Positions 34,203 to 46,574 of a stretch of DNA of 64,000 nt are shown piece after piece. The notes beneath the pieces are model-generated. The model was not told the origin of the DNA. It did not search any database and saw only the letters and a program-made list of their open reading frames with translations. Source of the DNA: an uncultured Hormoscilla sp. GTDB taxonomy: Bacteria > Cyanobacteriota > Cyanobacteriia > Cyanobacteriales > Desertifilaceae. The first letter of the stretch is position 1. Each line of letters begins with the position of its first letter. Position numbers and translations under genes: made by a program. The stretch spans positions 3,328,001 through 3,392,000 of the forward strand of contig OZ001293.3 in assembly GCA_963921275.4 (NCBI GenBank). Direction: 5' to 3'.

Positions 34203-35824
34203 TCAAGAAATCCCCACCAATTTCGGCATTTCGCCAACTAACTGCTTAAAAGCCTGATGTTCTCGAATTGTTGCTAAATCAGGGTCAGTTTTGGCAGCTT
34301 CTCGATAGGCCGAGTTAAGTTCGATCGCCCGCTGCAAATTTTTCAGTGCCGATTTAATGTTACCCATCGCCCCATAGCAGTAAGCCCGGTTGTAGTAAGC
34401 ATTAGCATGGTCCGGTTTAATTTGCAGCGATCGCTCCAAGCTAGCGATCTCCTCCTGATAGCGACCCAATCTGGCCAAAGTATAACCCCGATTATCCCAG
34501 GCTTCGTACTTATTGGAATGAATGCTCAGAGCCTGTTCGTAAGAGTTAATCGCCTGACTATAATCCTGCAGCAATTTTTCCAGCACATTGCCTCTGTTAT
34601 TCCAAGTATCTGGTTTTCCCGGCTGCAGTTCCAGGGACCGATCGTAGGAAGCCAAAGCCTCTTGATAGCGTTGCAGCTCATATAAAGCATAGCCCCGCCC
34701 ATACCAACCTTCCGAGTCATCCGGCTTAATTGAGAGCAACCGGTCGTATGACTGCACCGCCTCTTGATAGCGCCCCAACTTTGTCAAAGCATTGCCACGG
34801 TTATACCAGATTAACGGTTCATTCGCTCCCAATGCAATCGTCTTGTCATAGGCCCCGATCGCCTTTTCATACTGCTGCAATTTTCCCAGCACATTTCCCA
34901 GATTCAACCAGATTAACGGGTCCGACTGCTTCAACGATAGCGCCTGCTCGTAGGACTTGAGGGCCTCTTCATAGCGCTGCAACTTCGCCAAAGCCCCCGC
35001 CTTATTATTCCATGCTTCCGGGAAATCTGCTTTGATACTCAGAGCCTTATCATAGGATGCGATCGCCTCCTGATAGCGTTGCAACTTTGCCAAAGCCCCC
35101 CCGCGATTATTCCATGCCTCCGGCAAATCCGGCTGGAGGGCGATCGCCCGATCGTAGAGCCCGATCGCCTCTTCATAGCCCTTTTCCATAAACCTAGCAT
35201 CCCCTTGCTTAACATAATCAGCCGCCGTTGGCGTCTGCTTTTCCTCTGGTGCCGATCCTCGAGTCAATCTGGGGAGAAACTCTGCCAGTTTTTTGTATAC
35301 ATCGTCTCGCGCCGCTTGCGTTTCCGCCGCAATGCTTCTCAACTCTGCCGCAGCGTTATTCTTCGCCTCGACAATTTCTTTGTCCGTGCGATCGACCTGT
35401 TCTCCTAGCCTTTCTAATACCGTTTCCGCCTCAGAAATTGTCCTTTTGATTTGATTTATGCTGTCCGCCTGGTAACTTTCCAGTTCTTGCTTGTGGATCT
35501 CCGTCTGAGTAGACAACTTCTCCTGTTGCCACAACAGCATCACCACCCCCACCGCTATCAATAACGCCAAGAACGCCACCAGCAAAGCGTTCAGCGAGAG
35601 TACCGCATTCAGCAGCGAATCATTAATTTGCGACTGGATCCGTGAGTTCAGGCCCGAACTTTTCTGTACAGTCTCCTCAACTATTTTTTCAATTTCCTGT
35701 CGTTTCAGCCCCCCCCGAGGGAGTCTGCTGGTGTCTCTTGAGCAGACAGTTCTGGCGAAACTGCTACCCCACCTGCCAACAAGAGAGTCGAAAGAACATA
35801 TGCCATCTGGTGCTTGACGTTCAT
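34203..35824 (-). CDS. Signal-peptide/membrane-anchored TPR protein, frameshifted in a G8 tract at 35709-35716
   Basis: About 9 TPRs (AWNNRG..L..L.RY.EA...YD.AL); upstream signal-peptide ORF joins if the tract were G9 or G6. Confidence 0.8.
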
Positions 35825-36056
35825 GAAGTTCTCCCCACCTTGTGCCTTCGATGTCTTCCGCATACTCTTGTCCTGAAGGACTCGGTATGCTCCAGACACC
35901 GATCTTGCCTTGCCTTTTACCAAATTATCCCATCAAGTTGATTTTTTGCACCTTGCACATGTTTGGGATGATGGTTGCTAATTGCGTTCCTAGGGGTCGC
36001 CAGTGGGAACGAGGCTAAGTGAGACAGCTGCTTGACTTACGCAACTTGTCGGGTTA

Positions 36057-37053
36057 ATTAGGGGTCGAGCTGGGAATCGCTTCCCAACCCTCCCTTTCGA
36101 ACCGTGCATGCGGTTTTCATCGCACACGGCTACTGGTTAGTTGGACCTTGTCATTGGCAGGATTACTGGGGATTGCTCCCTTTGTCCCTCTTCTTATGCA
36201 GTTTTTCCCCTTTATGGTAGTCGATAGGACTGTTTCGTATCTAGCTCCGGAAGGTTCGCGGGGGGTATCCAGGAAACCACTTATACCGCTCTTTGCTAAC
36301 ATTGCCCCTGTCTCGTCATTAGGGGACTTTTCAAGTTTTACCCGGCTAGAGTTTTAGTCCATATTACAATCTAGGATTTCTCCTGATTTTTGGTACGTAT
36401 TAGGGATACTTCCACCCAAGATTTCCAACTATATCCGACCCACGTCTGCCGGTACATTCCTGCACCACTTATACAAGGAGTTACCCCTGTCCTTTGCTTC
36501 TTGGGCCATCTCTCTCCACATGGCTTACGCTTATCATCTAACTGGTCCCTATCTCCTGACCACCGGTCGATAGTCGAGTAGTTATGGACAGCACACGTGG
36601 AGTTACTTCGTTCCCTGGTATCATTTCACGATGTTTTTAGGTCCCTGCTTTACCCCGGGAGCTACTTTGAGTGTGATGTTGGCCATATGCAACAGCCAAC
36701 ACTAGCTACCATTTCCTTTTTAGGCCAGCGTGTAAGCCTTCTTCCGCTGGTTACACATAACGAGGCTTTCACAGATTCGTTTTCCTAACCATGAGCATCT
36801 TTCCTAGCGGAGTTGCCGACTTTGGGCTGTCAGCTATCCTACATTTAAGTCCTTGCTCCGCACCACGGTGATGTCACTCCGCAGCACTAAGGACCGGTGT
36901 CACCCCCACACCTGGGGAGAGGGAATTTAATCCCCATGATGACCAGAGTTACCATATTGAGCCTGATTATGATTAGTTTTGGTTCTAAACATTCAGTCCA
37001 ATTTTGGCTCGGCTTTTCCGTGTTTGTACAGGTTAGGCCGAAACGAGTCGCAC
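36057..37053 (-). mobile_element. ORF-less group II intron (997 nt), intergenic
   Basis: GTGCGACTCGTT start; DV AGCCGTGTGCGATGAAAACCGCATGCACGGTTC; ends CTCGACCCCTAAT; homologous to the other three introns. Confidence 0.92.
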
Positions 37054-37175
37054 TACACGTGAGTGTATAAGCTTAAGTCCTGGACTGCTCACTGCTCACT
37101 GACACTAGCCTTACCCCACCCGATGTGCGATACGCACTGCGCATCGGCACATCGTCCCTCAATCACCAAATGGTA

Positions 37176-39377
37176 TCATACCACCTTATAAATGAAGCTG
37201 AGGGTTGCCCAGGCATTCACATCCAGGGCAAAGGAGTCCGTCGTCGATAGCCCCAGATCCGAGGCCGATGGTTGACTCGCCTCGTGCAAGTCCTCTAGCA
37301 GTGCCTGTACCACCTCTAAAGGATTCGCAAGGATACCCTCGGGGTTATCCATTCCCCCCTTAGATTTTGCTGCTGCCTCTAAGGTCTTAGTAAAAGGAGC
37401 AATACTGAAAATCAGTTGAGTTTCCACCAGTCCTGGCGAACCCTTCACAGCCCATTCCACCGAGGCAAAAGCATCAGGCACAACTATAGTTTTCCTTGGG
37501 GGAATGACTTGTTTGGACCCGATGGATCTTGCTGTGTCTCCCCCACGCCCTTGAGAGTTTTTTCCCGAAGATGCCACTGGCGAGACAGTTACCTTCCCAG
37601 GCACAGAGATGCTAATTTTATTGCTATTGCTATCCAAGCCAAACAAGAGGAAGTAAACTGGGTCAGACTGCTGATTGGACAGCCAGTAGCTGATCCTGCT
37701 GCCAACTGGTACCTCCAACGTTCCGAGTTCAGCCGCCTGGGATATCTCCACCCAGTCTGAGGTTTGGACTCTGATTATTTCTCCTTGTATGATTAACCGC
37801 TGGGACTCTGAGATCTTTCCTAGGGCAGCTTTCACCCCCAAACGAGAAGAGCCCGCGTTTTCTGTCAGCCGCAACAATTTGGCCGCTCGCAGACCTTGCA
37901 ATTCCGGTGTCAGCCGCTGCACAGCTTTTTTCACCGCTTCCCCTTTAGATCCTCCTGTATTGCCAATGGGAATATTTGCTGGCCAGAACAGGCCGTAACT
38001 CTTCTGAAGCCCTGAGGGGTTGTCACCATTATCTACTTTACCAAACAGGCAATCTACTGAGACTGGAGATTTTTCGATCGTCACTGTCTTGACATTGGCA
38101 ACACCTGAAAAAGCACTGGTAGCATCCACCCGCTCAATGAGTTCCAACCCAGGGCTCAGTCCCACTGTCAATGACAAAGAACGGGGTAAGACCCTGATTG
38201 CTTCTTGGACAAATTGCCCCACTACTATCGAGTCCCCTGTTTTTATATTTGCCTTTGTCGTCAGACCCTCACAGGATCTCAGCTGCAATTGTGCCTCTGA
38301 CTGTAGCACCCTCAGCAGAGAATTAACGCCATAATTTTCTAGTATATTTGGCAGTAGTCCACCCAGCCACAGCTGTGCGGTTTTGCCATCTTCCTCTACC
38401 CCCCTAACTACGCCATCAGCCCCCAATATACTGTTCGGAGTGAGGTAATCACTTTTTTTCCCAATCAACCTTGGCTGCTCTTCGTTACTAGCTAGTCGCT
38501 CTACTACTCCCGATGCCTGAGAGAAACTGACTTGTAGGGTGGTCGCTGGTGTTGCTAACCACAGTTGCTGGGTGAGGGCGTAGGTAAATAGACCAGTGCT
38601 AAACCCATTCCATTGCGCCTCAAATGCTTTCCTCCCTGTCCCCTGGGGGTTCGCCGTGGGGTTTACCGCCGCTAGTACCATCCCTGGTAGTTGACTAACG
38701 TTCTGGAGTTTTGCTCTCTCTGCCCATAGATCTTGTCGGAGTTTTTCTGGCACAGCTAGTGCCTCACTGCTAGGTTCTCCTAGCACTGCATCATTACGAG
38801 CCCGCAGCCACAAGGAACCCACTAGCTGCTCATCAGATACCTTAAGGTAGCTCGTATCTAGGATAGTTATCACCTTCTCCGTCCGCAGCAGGAGCAGCAG
38901 CAGATGCAGCCTTTCGGTCAATAAGTCATTCACCTGAGGATTTGCTGGTGATGGATCTCCCCCATCCACTGGCACCAAAGTGTTTTGCACTACTTCTCCC
39001 TGGATCGCCTGCCTACCATAGCCACTGAAGTGGAATACTACCAGATCGTCAGCACCTGCCTGTTCTATCAGATGCTCGATAAAGGCGGATTCGATCTGCT
39101 CCCTTGTGGCTTGCCGATCTGTTAGGGTGAGAATATCATCTGCACTGAAGCCAAACCGATGGATTAGCAGTAAGCGTTGTAGTTCTACATCTGTGACGCT
39201 ACCTGCAAGTGCTGCTGTGGGATACTGGTTGATGCCCACTAGCAGAGCTAACTTCCGGCTGGTGGGTTGGGCTAGGGCTTGGTAATAGCGCCTTCCCAGT
39301 AGTGACAGTCCAGCCTCACTAATTCCCAGGGCTGCCATTGTCCAGCCCAGCCGTTGCAAAAAATCCCGCCGTTTCAT
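37176..39377 (-). CDS. Caspase-like (peptidase C14) protein with Tat-like signal, pseudo-orthocaspase type
   Basis: MKRRDFL; KLALLVGINQY; HFSGYG and LDTSY replace catalytic HG/DxC. Confidence 0.88.
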   Translation of the reverse strand: MKRRDFLQRLGWTMAALGISEAGLSLLGRRYYQALAQPTSRKLALLVGINQYPTAALAGSVTDVELQRLLLIHRFGFSADDILTLTDRQATREQIESAFIEHLIEQAGADDLVVFHFSGYGRQAIQGEVVQNTLVPVDGGDPSPANPQVNDLLTERLHLLLLLLRTEKVITILDTSYLKVSDEQLVGSLWLRARNDAVLGEPSSEALAVPEKLRQDLWAERAKLQNVSQLPGMVLAAVNPTANPQGTGRKAFEAQWNGFSTGLFTYALTQQLWLATPATTLQVSFSQASGVVERLASNEEQPRLIGKKSDYLTPNSILGADGVVRGVEEDGKTAQLWLGGLLPNILENYGVNSLLRVLQSEAQLQLRSCEGLTTKANIKTGDSIVVGQFVQEAIRVLPRSLSLTVGLSPGLELIERVDATSAFSGVANVKTVTIEKSPVSVDCLFGKVDNGDNPSGLQKSYGLFWPANIPIGNTGGSKGEAVKKAVQRLTPELQGLRAAKLLRLTENAGSSRLGVKAALGKISESQRLIIQGEIIRVQTSDWVEISQAAELGTLEVPVGSRISYWLSNQQSDPVYFLLFGLDSNSNKISISVPGKVTVSPVASSGKNSQGRGGDTARSIGSKQVIPPRKTIVVPDAFASVEWAVKGSPGLVETQLIFSIAPFTKTLEAAAKSKGGMDNPEGILANPLEVVQALLEDLHEASQPSASDLGLSTTDSFALDVNAWATLSFIYKVV

Positions 39378-39541
39378 ATGAGCTTTCAGCTAATAGCTAT
39401 CAGCTATTAGCCTACCAGCTTTTTGTTGGTTGACGATGATGTCCGCCAACTCTGAAAATTCAAAATTCTCTCATTCAAAATTCTGGCATTGACCGCGAAC
39501 CACTGACCACTGACTACTGACCACCGATCGCTGACCGCTGA

Positions 39542-40714
39542 CTATGTCTGCCCTTGCATTGCCCGTGCCAGTTCGGCGGCCACTTCTGGGCGCGAGAACT
39601 CCGGTGGTGGCAACTCGCCCCGGCGCAGCATCTCCCGCACCTTTGTCCCTGACAGGTGAATTCGTTGCTCTCGGGTACTCGGACTTGTCTTGCTGGTCGC
39701 CATGGTCTGGGTGATCGTGCAATAGAAAGCATGTTCAAATTTCATCGGCACAATGCCCAGTTCCCCTGGCTGAAATTCATCAAAGATATATTGGGCGTCG
39801 TAGGTGCCATAGTAATCTCCTACCCCAGCATGATCCCGTCCGACAATGAAGTGAGTGCAGCCATAGTTTTTCCGCACTAGGGCGTGGAAAATTGCCTCTC
39901 GCGGTCCTGCATAGCGCATGGCAGATGGGTTAATTGCCAAAATCACCCGGTCTTTGGGGTAATATTTCTCCAAAATTATTTCATAGCAGCGCATCCGCAC
40001 GTCGGCGGGAATGTCATCACTTTTGGTCGCCCCCACCAGGGGATGCAGCAATAGACCATCTACGGTCTCTAGAGCACATTTCTGAATGTATTCATGGGCT
40101 CTGTGGATGGGGTTGCGGGTTTGGAAGCCGACTACCGACCTCCAGCCTTTTGCTTGGAACAAGGCCCGGGTGTCAGCCGGATCGATCTGGTATTTGGGAA
40201 ACTGCCGATGGGGGTCACGTTCCAGCAACCATATCGGTCCCGCCAGATTAATCGGACCTGAGTCGTAGACTACTTTTACCCCTGGGTGTTTGCTCTCATC
40301 TGTGCCATAGACATTGGTTACCTCGTGGGCTTTGTTGTAGCGGTATTTCTGAGTCAACTCCAAAATGCCGACGAATTTTCCCCTTGGGTCGTCTAGACGC
40401 ACCCAGTTGCCTTCTTTAAGGGGTTCGGCCACCTCTTCTGTGACCGAGAGGGTGATGGGAATTGACCAGGGCAGGCCATTGGCTAGTCGCATAGATTCTA
40501 CTACTGGTTCGTAGTCTGCCTGTTCCATGAAGCCCGTCAGAGGACTAAAGCCGCCGATCGCGATCATTACCAAGTCCGAGAGTGCCCGTTCGTCAGCCGC
40601 GACTCTGGGTAATTTTTCTGCTTGGCCTAGAAATTCTTCCCTTTCGGAGGCTGTGGCGATCCGATTTACCAGTTGACCGCCGTGGGCTGCTATTACTTCT
40701 GGATTCTTACTCAA
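39542..40714 (-). CDS. sat: Sulfate adenylyltransferase
   Basis: [27 protein letters not shown]. Confidence 0.97.
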   Translation of the reverse strand: MSKNPEVIAAHGGQLVNRIATASEREEFLGQAEKLPRVAADERALSDLVMIAIGGFSPLTGFMEQADYEPVVESMRLANGLPWSIPITLSVTEEVAEPLKEGNWVRLDDPRGKFVGILELTQKYRYNKAHEVTNVYGTDESKHPGVKVVYDSGPINLAGPIWLLERDPHRQFPKYQIDPADTRALFQAKGWRSVVGFQTRNPIHRAHEYIQKCALETVDGLLLHPLVGATKSDDIPADVRMRCYEIILEKYYPKDRVILAINPSAMRYAGPREAIFHALVRKNYGCTHFIVGRDHAGVGDYYGTYDAQYIFDEFQPGELGIVPMKFEHAFYCTITQTMATSKTSPSTREQRIHLSGTKVREMLRRGELPPPEFSRPEVAAELARAMQGQT

Positions 40715-40948
40715 AATTATCCCCTTTGCTGACTTTTGCTCTAGTTTTGCTTTTTACTCATATCTTGCACCTTTGTCAATCTGCATCAGGGAAAATTGCG
40801 AATATGGTAAATTGCGAATGGTAAATTGCGAATGGTAAATTGCCCAATTCGCCATTTTAGATTTGCGATTTTCAGTTGGCCCTGGCGATCGCACATGCGT
40901 ACACGGCTACGCCTGCCAGAGCCAAAAAACAAAGCATAGAGTTATCCT

Positions 40949-42226
40949 CTATACATTGCTATGATCGCCCAGTGCTTTCGCCCGCACCAACCAATCTGAA
41001 TCATCTTCTGCAATGGAGATATCGCCCTTCGCCCCCAACTGTTCTAAGGCCAGCAAGCAAGCATATTTCAATTCAAAAATTTCGGTTTTCAGACTATCTA
41101 ACAGCAGCTCTATTGCCCGATCGTCCCCTAAGTTCCCGAGGGCGATAGCCGCTGCAGCCCGTGACTTTTGAAACTGAGGGTTGCGGTTTTGTAGAGCTTC
41201 TACCAGCAAATCATAAGCCGGGGCATATTGCAGCCAACCCAACAGTTTTACCACATGATAGTGAGCACCATAATCATTATGAGCTTTCTCCGCAAAAGTA
41301 GCCATCAGCGCTTCCGGAGCTTGTTCTGGATAAACTTCCAGGATAGTTTTGCTACCCAGATAACACCGCCCAAAATCTGTGTGATATAGTTCAGAAATTA
41401 AAAATTCCAGACTAGGTGTTTCGTCGTATTCATGTACTAATTCTAGGTCCGTAGGGCGATCGCGAATCACTCGCTCCAGAGAGGGTTCAATATCTACAAA
41501 GCTAATCTCACCTGCTGGCACCCCTGCTTCTGCCAACAGCCTAATGCCTCGCAGGCGAAACACTAGAGAAACAGGACAGCTAGCAATTTTAGGAATTGCC
41601 TGGTAATATTTAGCATCGATCAAATCTTGAATGCAGCCCCGCCGTGCGTTAACATTAGGATGTTGCAGAAGTTGCATCACTTCTGACATCTGAGTGTAAT
41701 CCCCCGTGAACCGACAGACAGCCGCGATCGCCGCACTTGCTATCGGTTGAGATCGATCCTCTACAAACTTCCTAATCCGCTCCAGAGCCCGTTTATAATC
41801 TAATTTAGCCAGCACCTGAATAATCACCCGATAAGTCTGCCCCGGTTTTTCTAACAGCTGGGCAATCTCTGCTAAAATTGTCTCATCTGCAGTACCAATT
41901 TCCCCAATTGCCCAGGCAGCATTTTCTACCGTATAGCAATCATCATCCACCAAACAAGTGCGAATCACGGGCAATGCCACTGCTGCTTGCAAACGCCCCA
42001 AACTTTCCACCGCCTTCCGTCTGGCAATGCGATGATACATTGCCTGGTCTGGGTCTTGTATAGTTTCGATCAAAGCCGCGATCGACTCCTGTGTCGGAAA
42101 ATTTATTAAATGGGATGCCGCCACATAGCGGTCCGACTTATCTTCCAGCTCCTCTAACGGAGTTTTCAACAGGGCGATCGCCTGGTCTTCCGTCAAATTA
42201 AAGATATTGAAAAACCGTTTATCCAT
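40949..42226 (-). CDS. cpeY: Phycoerythrin alpha-subunit bilin lyase CpeY-like (HEAT repeats)
   Basis: MDKRFFNIFNLTEDQAIALL start, HEAT repeats, directly downstream of cpeBA. Confidence 0.85.
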   Translation of the reverse strand: MDKRFFNIFNLTEDQAIALLKTPLEELEDKSDRYVAASHLINFPTQESIAALIETIQDPDQAMYHRIARRKAVESLGRLQAAVALPVIRTCLVDDDCYTVENAAWAIGEIGTADETILAEIAQLLEKPGQTYRVIIQVLAKLDYKRALERIRKFVEDRSQPIASAAIAAVCRFTGDYTQMSEVMQLLQHPNVNARRGCIQDLIDAKYYQAIPKIASCPVSLVFRLRGIRLLAEAGVPAGEISFVDIEPSLERVIRDRPTDLELVHEYDETPSLEFLISELYHTDFGRCYLGSKTILEVYPEQAPEALMATFAEKAHNDYGAHYHVVKLLGWLQYAPAYDLLVEALQNRNPQFQKSRAAAAIALGNLGDDRAIELLLDSLKTEIFELKYACLLALEQLGAKGDISIAEDDSDWLVRAKALGDHSNV

Positions 42227-42339
42227 AGCGCGATTACCATAGCACAACAGTAGGGACTCTTAGCCACTACTCAACCTTGACCAGGCCAAGCAATTTACTA
42301 AGAGCCCCTAGGCACTAAGCGAATTTTACAGCGATTTCT

Positions 42340-43455
<1,116 letters not shown>

Positions 43456-43716
43456 TTAGATCTCCTTAATCAAGGTACTCTGCTTTTGCTCGTCAACCAA
43501 TCTGACCAGCTAATCCTTACTTTAGGCGATCATTGGTTTTGCAGTCCCAATTATTAATGACAAAGTAATAATCTGTAATATTTTTCTCTGTCCCAACTGA
43601 CTTCTCCTCCATCAGGGCTATTTTTTGGGAAATTATTAGTATATTTTGGACAATCATTGGTCAGTAGTCAGTGGTCAGCAATCAGTAGCTGACCGGCACT
43701 AACAGGAAGAAGAAAG

Positions 43717-44533
43717 ATGTCTAATCATTATGTGACGCCTCCCATACCTGCCCAGCTCAGGCTTTAGGAGTTCATACCAGAACTCTGACGAGATGGGAAG
43801 CGCAAGGTAAAATCAAGGCGATCCGCACGGCGGCGGGACAAAGACGTTACGACCTGGAAGAATATCTCCGGCGTGAGGGGAAGCGCTGCGCGCCGCTGCG
43901 CGATCGGAGATACTGGCAAAACTACAGATGACAGTCAAAATTCCTGTGTTCTGTATGCCAGAGTTGCCACCGGAAGCCAGCTGCAGCAGCTTTCGATGTC
44001 TACCGTTCCGGAAAAATCGGGATGCAACGCAGGCAACCCCTCAGACATCGAGGAGACAAACTGCCGATCTAATGGCAGAGTATCCAGGCTGTGAAGCGAT
44101 CGCCGAAATTGGCTCCGGACTCAATTTTAGGCGGCGTAGATTCCTGGCCATGTTAGAACGAGTCATCCCCCCTATGGTGTATCAAAGATGTATTGTGGTT
44201 GCCCACCAAGACCGGCTAGTTAGATTTGGGGTTGACTTTGTTGAATGGCTCTGTAGGCAATTTGGCTGGCAAATTGTGGTTCTAGACCGGCAGTATCGTG
44301 GTTGGGAAGCGGAACTGATCGCAGACCTGAAGAAAATATTCGGTAGATTCAGTGGCAGGCTGAGGGGACTGGGCAAGTATGAAAAACAGTTGCGGCAAGA
44401 ATTCCCAGCATTCGATGTCTTCGGGATGCAACGCAGGCAACCTACGATTCCTTCCGGACGCACGGCGAAAACCCGGAAGGCATCGCTCAGACATCGAAGA
44501 GGAAATCAATGCGATCGCCTCTGGGAAGACTGA
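43717..44533 (+). mobile_element. IS607-family TnpA (serine recombinase) remnant, frameshifted, no tnpB
   Basis: MerR-like HTH (RTLTRWEAQGKI..GQRRY), YARVA, EIGSGLN, DRLVRFG in different frames. Confidence 0.85.
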
Positions 44534-44589
44534 GGGGGGCGCGGTCGGCCGTGCCCCGACAACCGGTTATCAGGAGAGTCCATAGCAGC

Positions 44590-44757
44590 TTAGGCATTCT
44601 TAAGGAGCTGCTTGACTAAGTTATCTTTGACCATCATCTGTCGCAATACTTCGAGCAAGCATTCCTGAGCTTCTTGCTTACTCATACTCTTGACCTGATT
44701 TTGGTAGATTTTTAGTTTGAATTGTTGCTCCAAGGTGAGATTGGAAGGGATTTTCAT
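44590..44757 (-). CDS. nblA: Phycobilisome degradation protein NblA (55 aa, below ORF-track cut-off)
   Basis: MKIPSNLTLEQQFKLKIYQNQVKSMSKQEAQECLLEVLRQMMVKDNLVKQLLKNA. Confidence 0.93.
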   Translation of the reverse strand: MKIPSNLTLEQQFKLKIYQNQVKSMSKQEAQECLLEVLRQMMVKDNLVKQLLKNA

Positions 44758-44939
44758 AGCTTTACTCCCAAGTACGATTTGTCTTTTCCTGATTGTTAAC
44801 TAATGTAATACAGCTTGGAGGCTAAAATGTATACATTGTCAAGCGATAATTTAGAAAAATAACAAAACTTAATAAAAACCGGGCGGCGACAGCATGGTAG
44901 AATCCGGTAACAGATGTAGCAGTTGGATGGGGAAATGAG

Positions 44940-45554
44940 ATGGAAGTAATGGAATTTTTTGGGCAAAGTGCCGGCAAGTGGCGTTCTCGGCGATCGACAC
45001 ATCATCTGCCCTTCAGGCGTGCGGAGACAGGGGCCTCAGAGATTGAAGTGAAAACTCTGGCAGCGGACTCTCGGAGAGTGGTGGAAATCTGCGAATTACA
45101 TCAGGTAGACCCGAGTTTGGCCGCAGGTGGAGCCCTAGTCAGTTGGGAGGGGACAATGGCGTGGGATAAAACAGATGAAAATCATACGGACTCGACGGTG
45201 ATGGTCCTAGTGCCCGATCGGGACAATCCCAGAGCAGGTCAGTTACTGCGAGAAAAAGGCTATGCTGAAATAGTGCCAGTAGCTGGTCGTTATTTGATGG
45301 ACGATGCTGATGGGCTGATTCTGCTGACCGAATATGAAACGATGAGTTCTCAAGAACGTTTCTCCTTTATTAACCCGGATCTGCGGATGCGGACCAGTGC
45401 GGTGAAGCGTTTCGGGGGATTCAGCACCGCATCGTTATGTGTGGAAACCCGGATCGGATCGGACTTAGATGTTTCTAGCAGTAAAGAGGTAACCCCCCAA
45501 CAAGTAGAGGATGCCAGGGAACCCAGACAGTATTACTCGGTATGGGGCTGGTGA
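44940..45554 (+). CDS. cpcS: CpcS/CpeS-type phycobiliprotein lyase
   Basis: EFF..SAGKWRS.R.THHLPFRRAE, LLREKGYAE, ERF.F..P.LR.R. Confidence 0.88.
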   Translation: MEVMEFFGQSAGKWRSRRSTHHLPFRRAETGASEIEVKTLAADSRRVVEICELHQVDPSLAAGGALVSWEGTMAWDKTDENHTDSTVMVLVPDRDNPRAGQLLREKGYAEIVPVAGRYLMDDADGLILLTEYETMSSQERFSFINPDLRMRTSAVKRFGGFSTASLCVETRIGSDLDVSSSKEVTPQQVEDAREPRQYYSVWGW

Positions 45555-46074
45555 GGTCAGTCCCTTTGTACGCGGCTATGAGTATTTGCAGGCTGTGCGC
45601 CAACTGGCCTTAGACCCAAAGATGGTGGAGGTTCCGGATAATCCACGCCTGATTACCTGGGTTGGCAATCACATTGACGCGATTAATGCCCAACTGCATG
45701 GCAGTCTGGAAGCCTGTCACGGCTGCTTTCATGTAGAGGTGCGCCGTCAGGTCCGCATTCTGGCCACCCCTTTAGCCCCAGAGTTTGGCATTGACGGTTG
45801 TTGCAATATCTGGCGAAATCCTGTGGCGATCCTGATCGATGTGGGTAGGACGGCACCGGCGGATTGGTTGAGCGTCGTTGTCCATGAATATACCCATGCT
45901 CATTTGGGTTCCCCGGGTCACGATCGGCGATTTTTTGACATTATATGTCATCTGTGTTTGGGACTGGGATTAGAACCGCCCCGGTGGCAGCCTGAGATGG
46001 AAACTTACTTACGTTATTGGCCGCAAGTATCATGCCGGATAAATCCTCTGGCTTTTTGGATGGGGTACTCATAA
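45511..46074 (+). CDS. Hypothetical HExxH metalloprotein (SprT-like)
   Basis: VVHEYTHAH..GH...F motif; start uncertain. Confidence 0.65.
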   Translation: MPGNPDSITRYGAGEVSPFVRGYEYLQAVRQLALDPKMVEVPDNPRLITWVGNHIDAINAQLHGSLEACHGCFHVEVRRQVRILATPLAPEFGIDGCCNIWRNPVAILIDVGRTAPADWLSVVVHEYTHAHLGSPGHDRRFFDIICHLCLGLGLEPPRWQPEMETYLRYWPQVSCRINPLAFWMGYS

Positions 46075-46270
46075 ACGACGGTTGTCGATATTAGTCATAA
46101 ATATTTAAATGTTAACAATTTTCAATTTTCAATTTTCAATTTTCAATTTTCAATTCCAAGCTAATAACATCCAAAAACACGATCCAACGCCCAGATAAAA
46201 AAGTTTGAGAGATAGACACCCGATTGCTATATAGTGAAAAGTTAAGGTTTGTAAGATTTTCTCAGATTAG

Positions 46271-46531
46271 GGACCAACCACAAACCCTAGCTAAAGACAG
46301 CTCTGGCTGGCTAAAGCTACTCAGGTTGGTCAAGCTCACCCGCAAGGGTCAACGTTATTCCAGTCATGACACCTTGGGGTACGTGGCTAGCTCCAAGCTC
46401 TGTCGGGTGTCGTTAAACAGGCAACTGGGTTTGAAAAGCTAGTGCGGCATTCGCTTGCAAGCCGGAATAACCGAGCGAAGCCAACTTTACGAGCAATCAG
46501 AAGAGACGCAACAATGTCTAACTTTTGGTAA
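46271..46531 (+). ncRNA. Orphan IscB-type omega (HEARO-like) RNA with only the first codons of iscB left
   Basis: ACGTTATT..CATGACACC..GCTAG..GCTCTGTC..TTAAACAG..AGTG..ATAACC..GCGAAG..AACTTTAC block order, then ATG TCT AAC TTT (MSNF) at 46514; 5' boundary approximate. Confidence 0.72.
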
Positions 46532-46574
46532 GAGATGATCAGCAAAACAGCAGAAAAAATGTAGGAGATTAAAG

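Noticed and set aside
43717..44533. Active IS607 with TnpB
   Set aside because: tnpA is frameshifted and no tnpB follows; nblA lies immediately downstream
46118..46155. Heptamer runs (AATTTTC)n; similar at 39500-39540, 40805-40845, 55794-55860
   Set aside because: Ordinary cyanobacterial short tandemly repeated repetitive sequences
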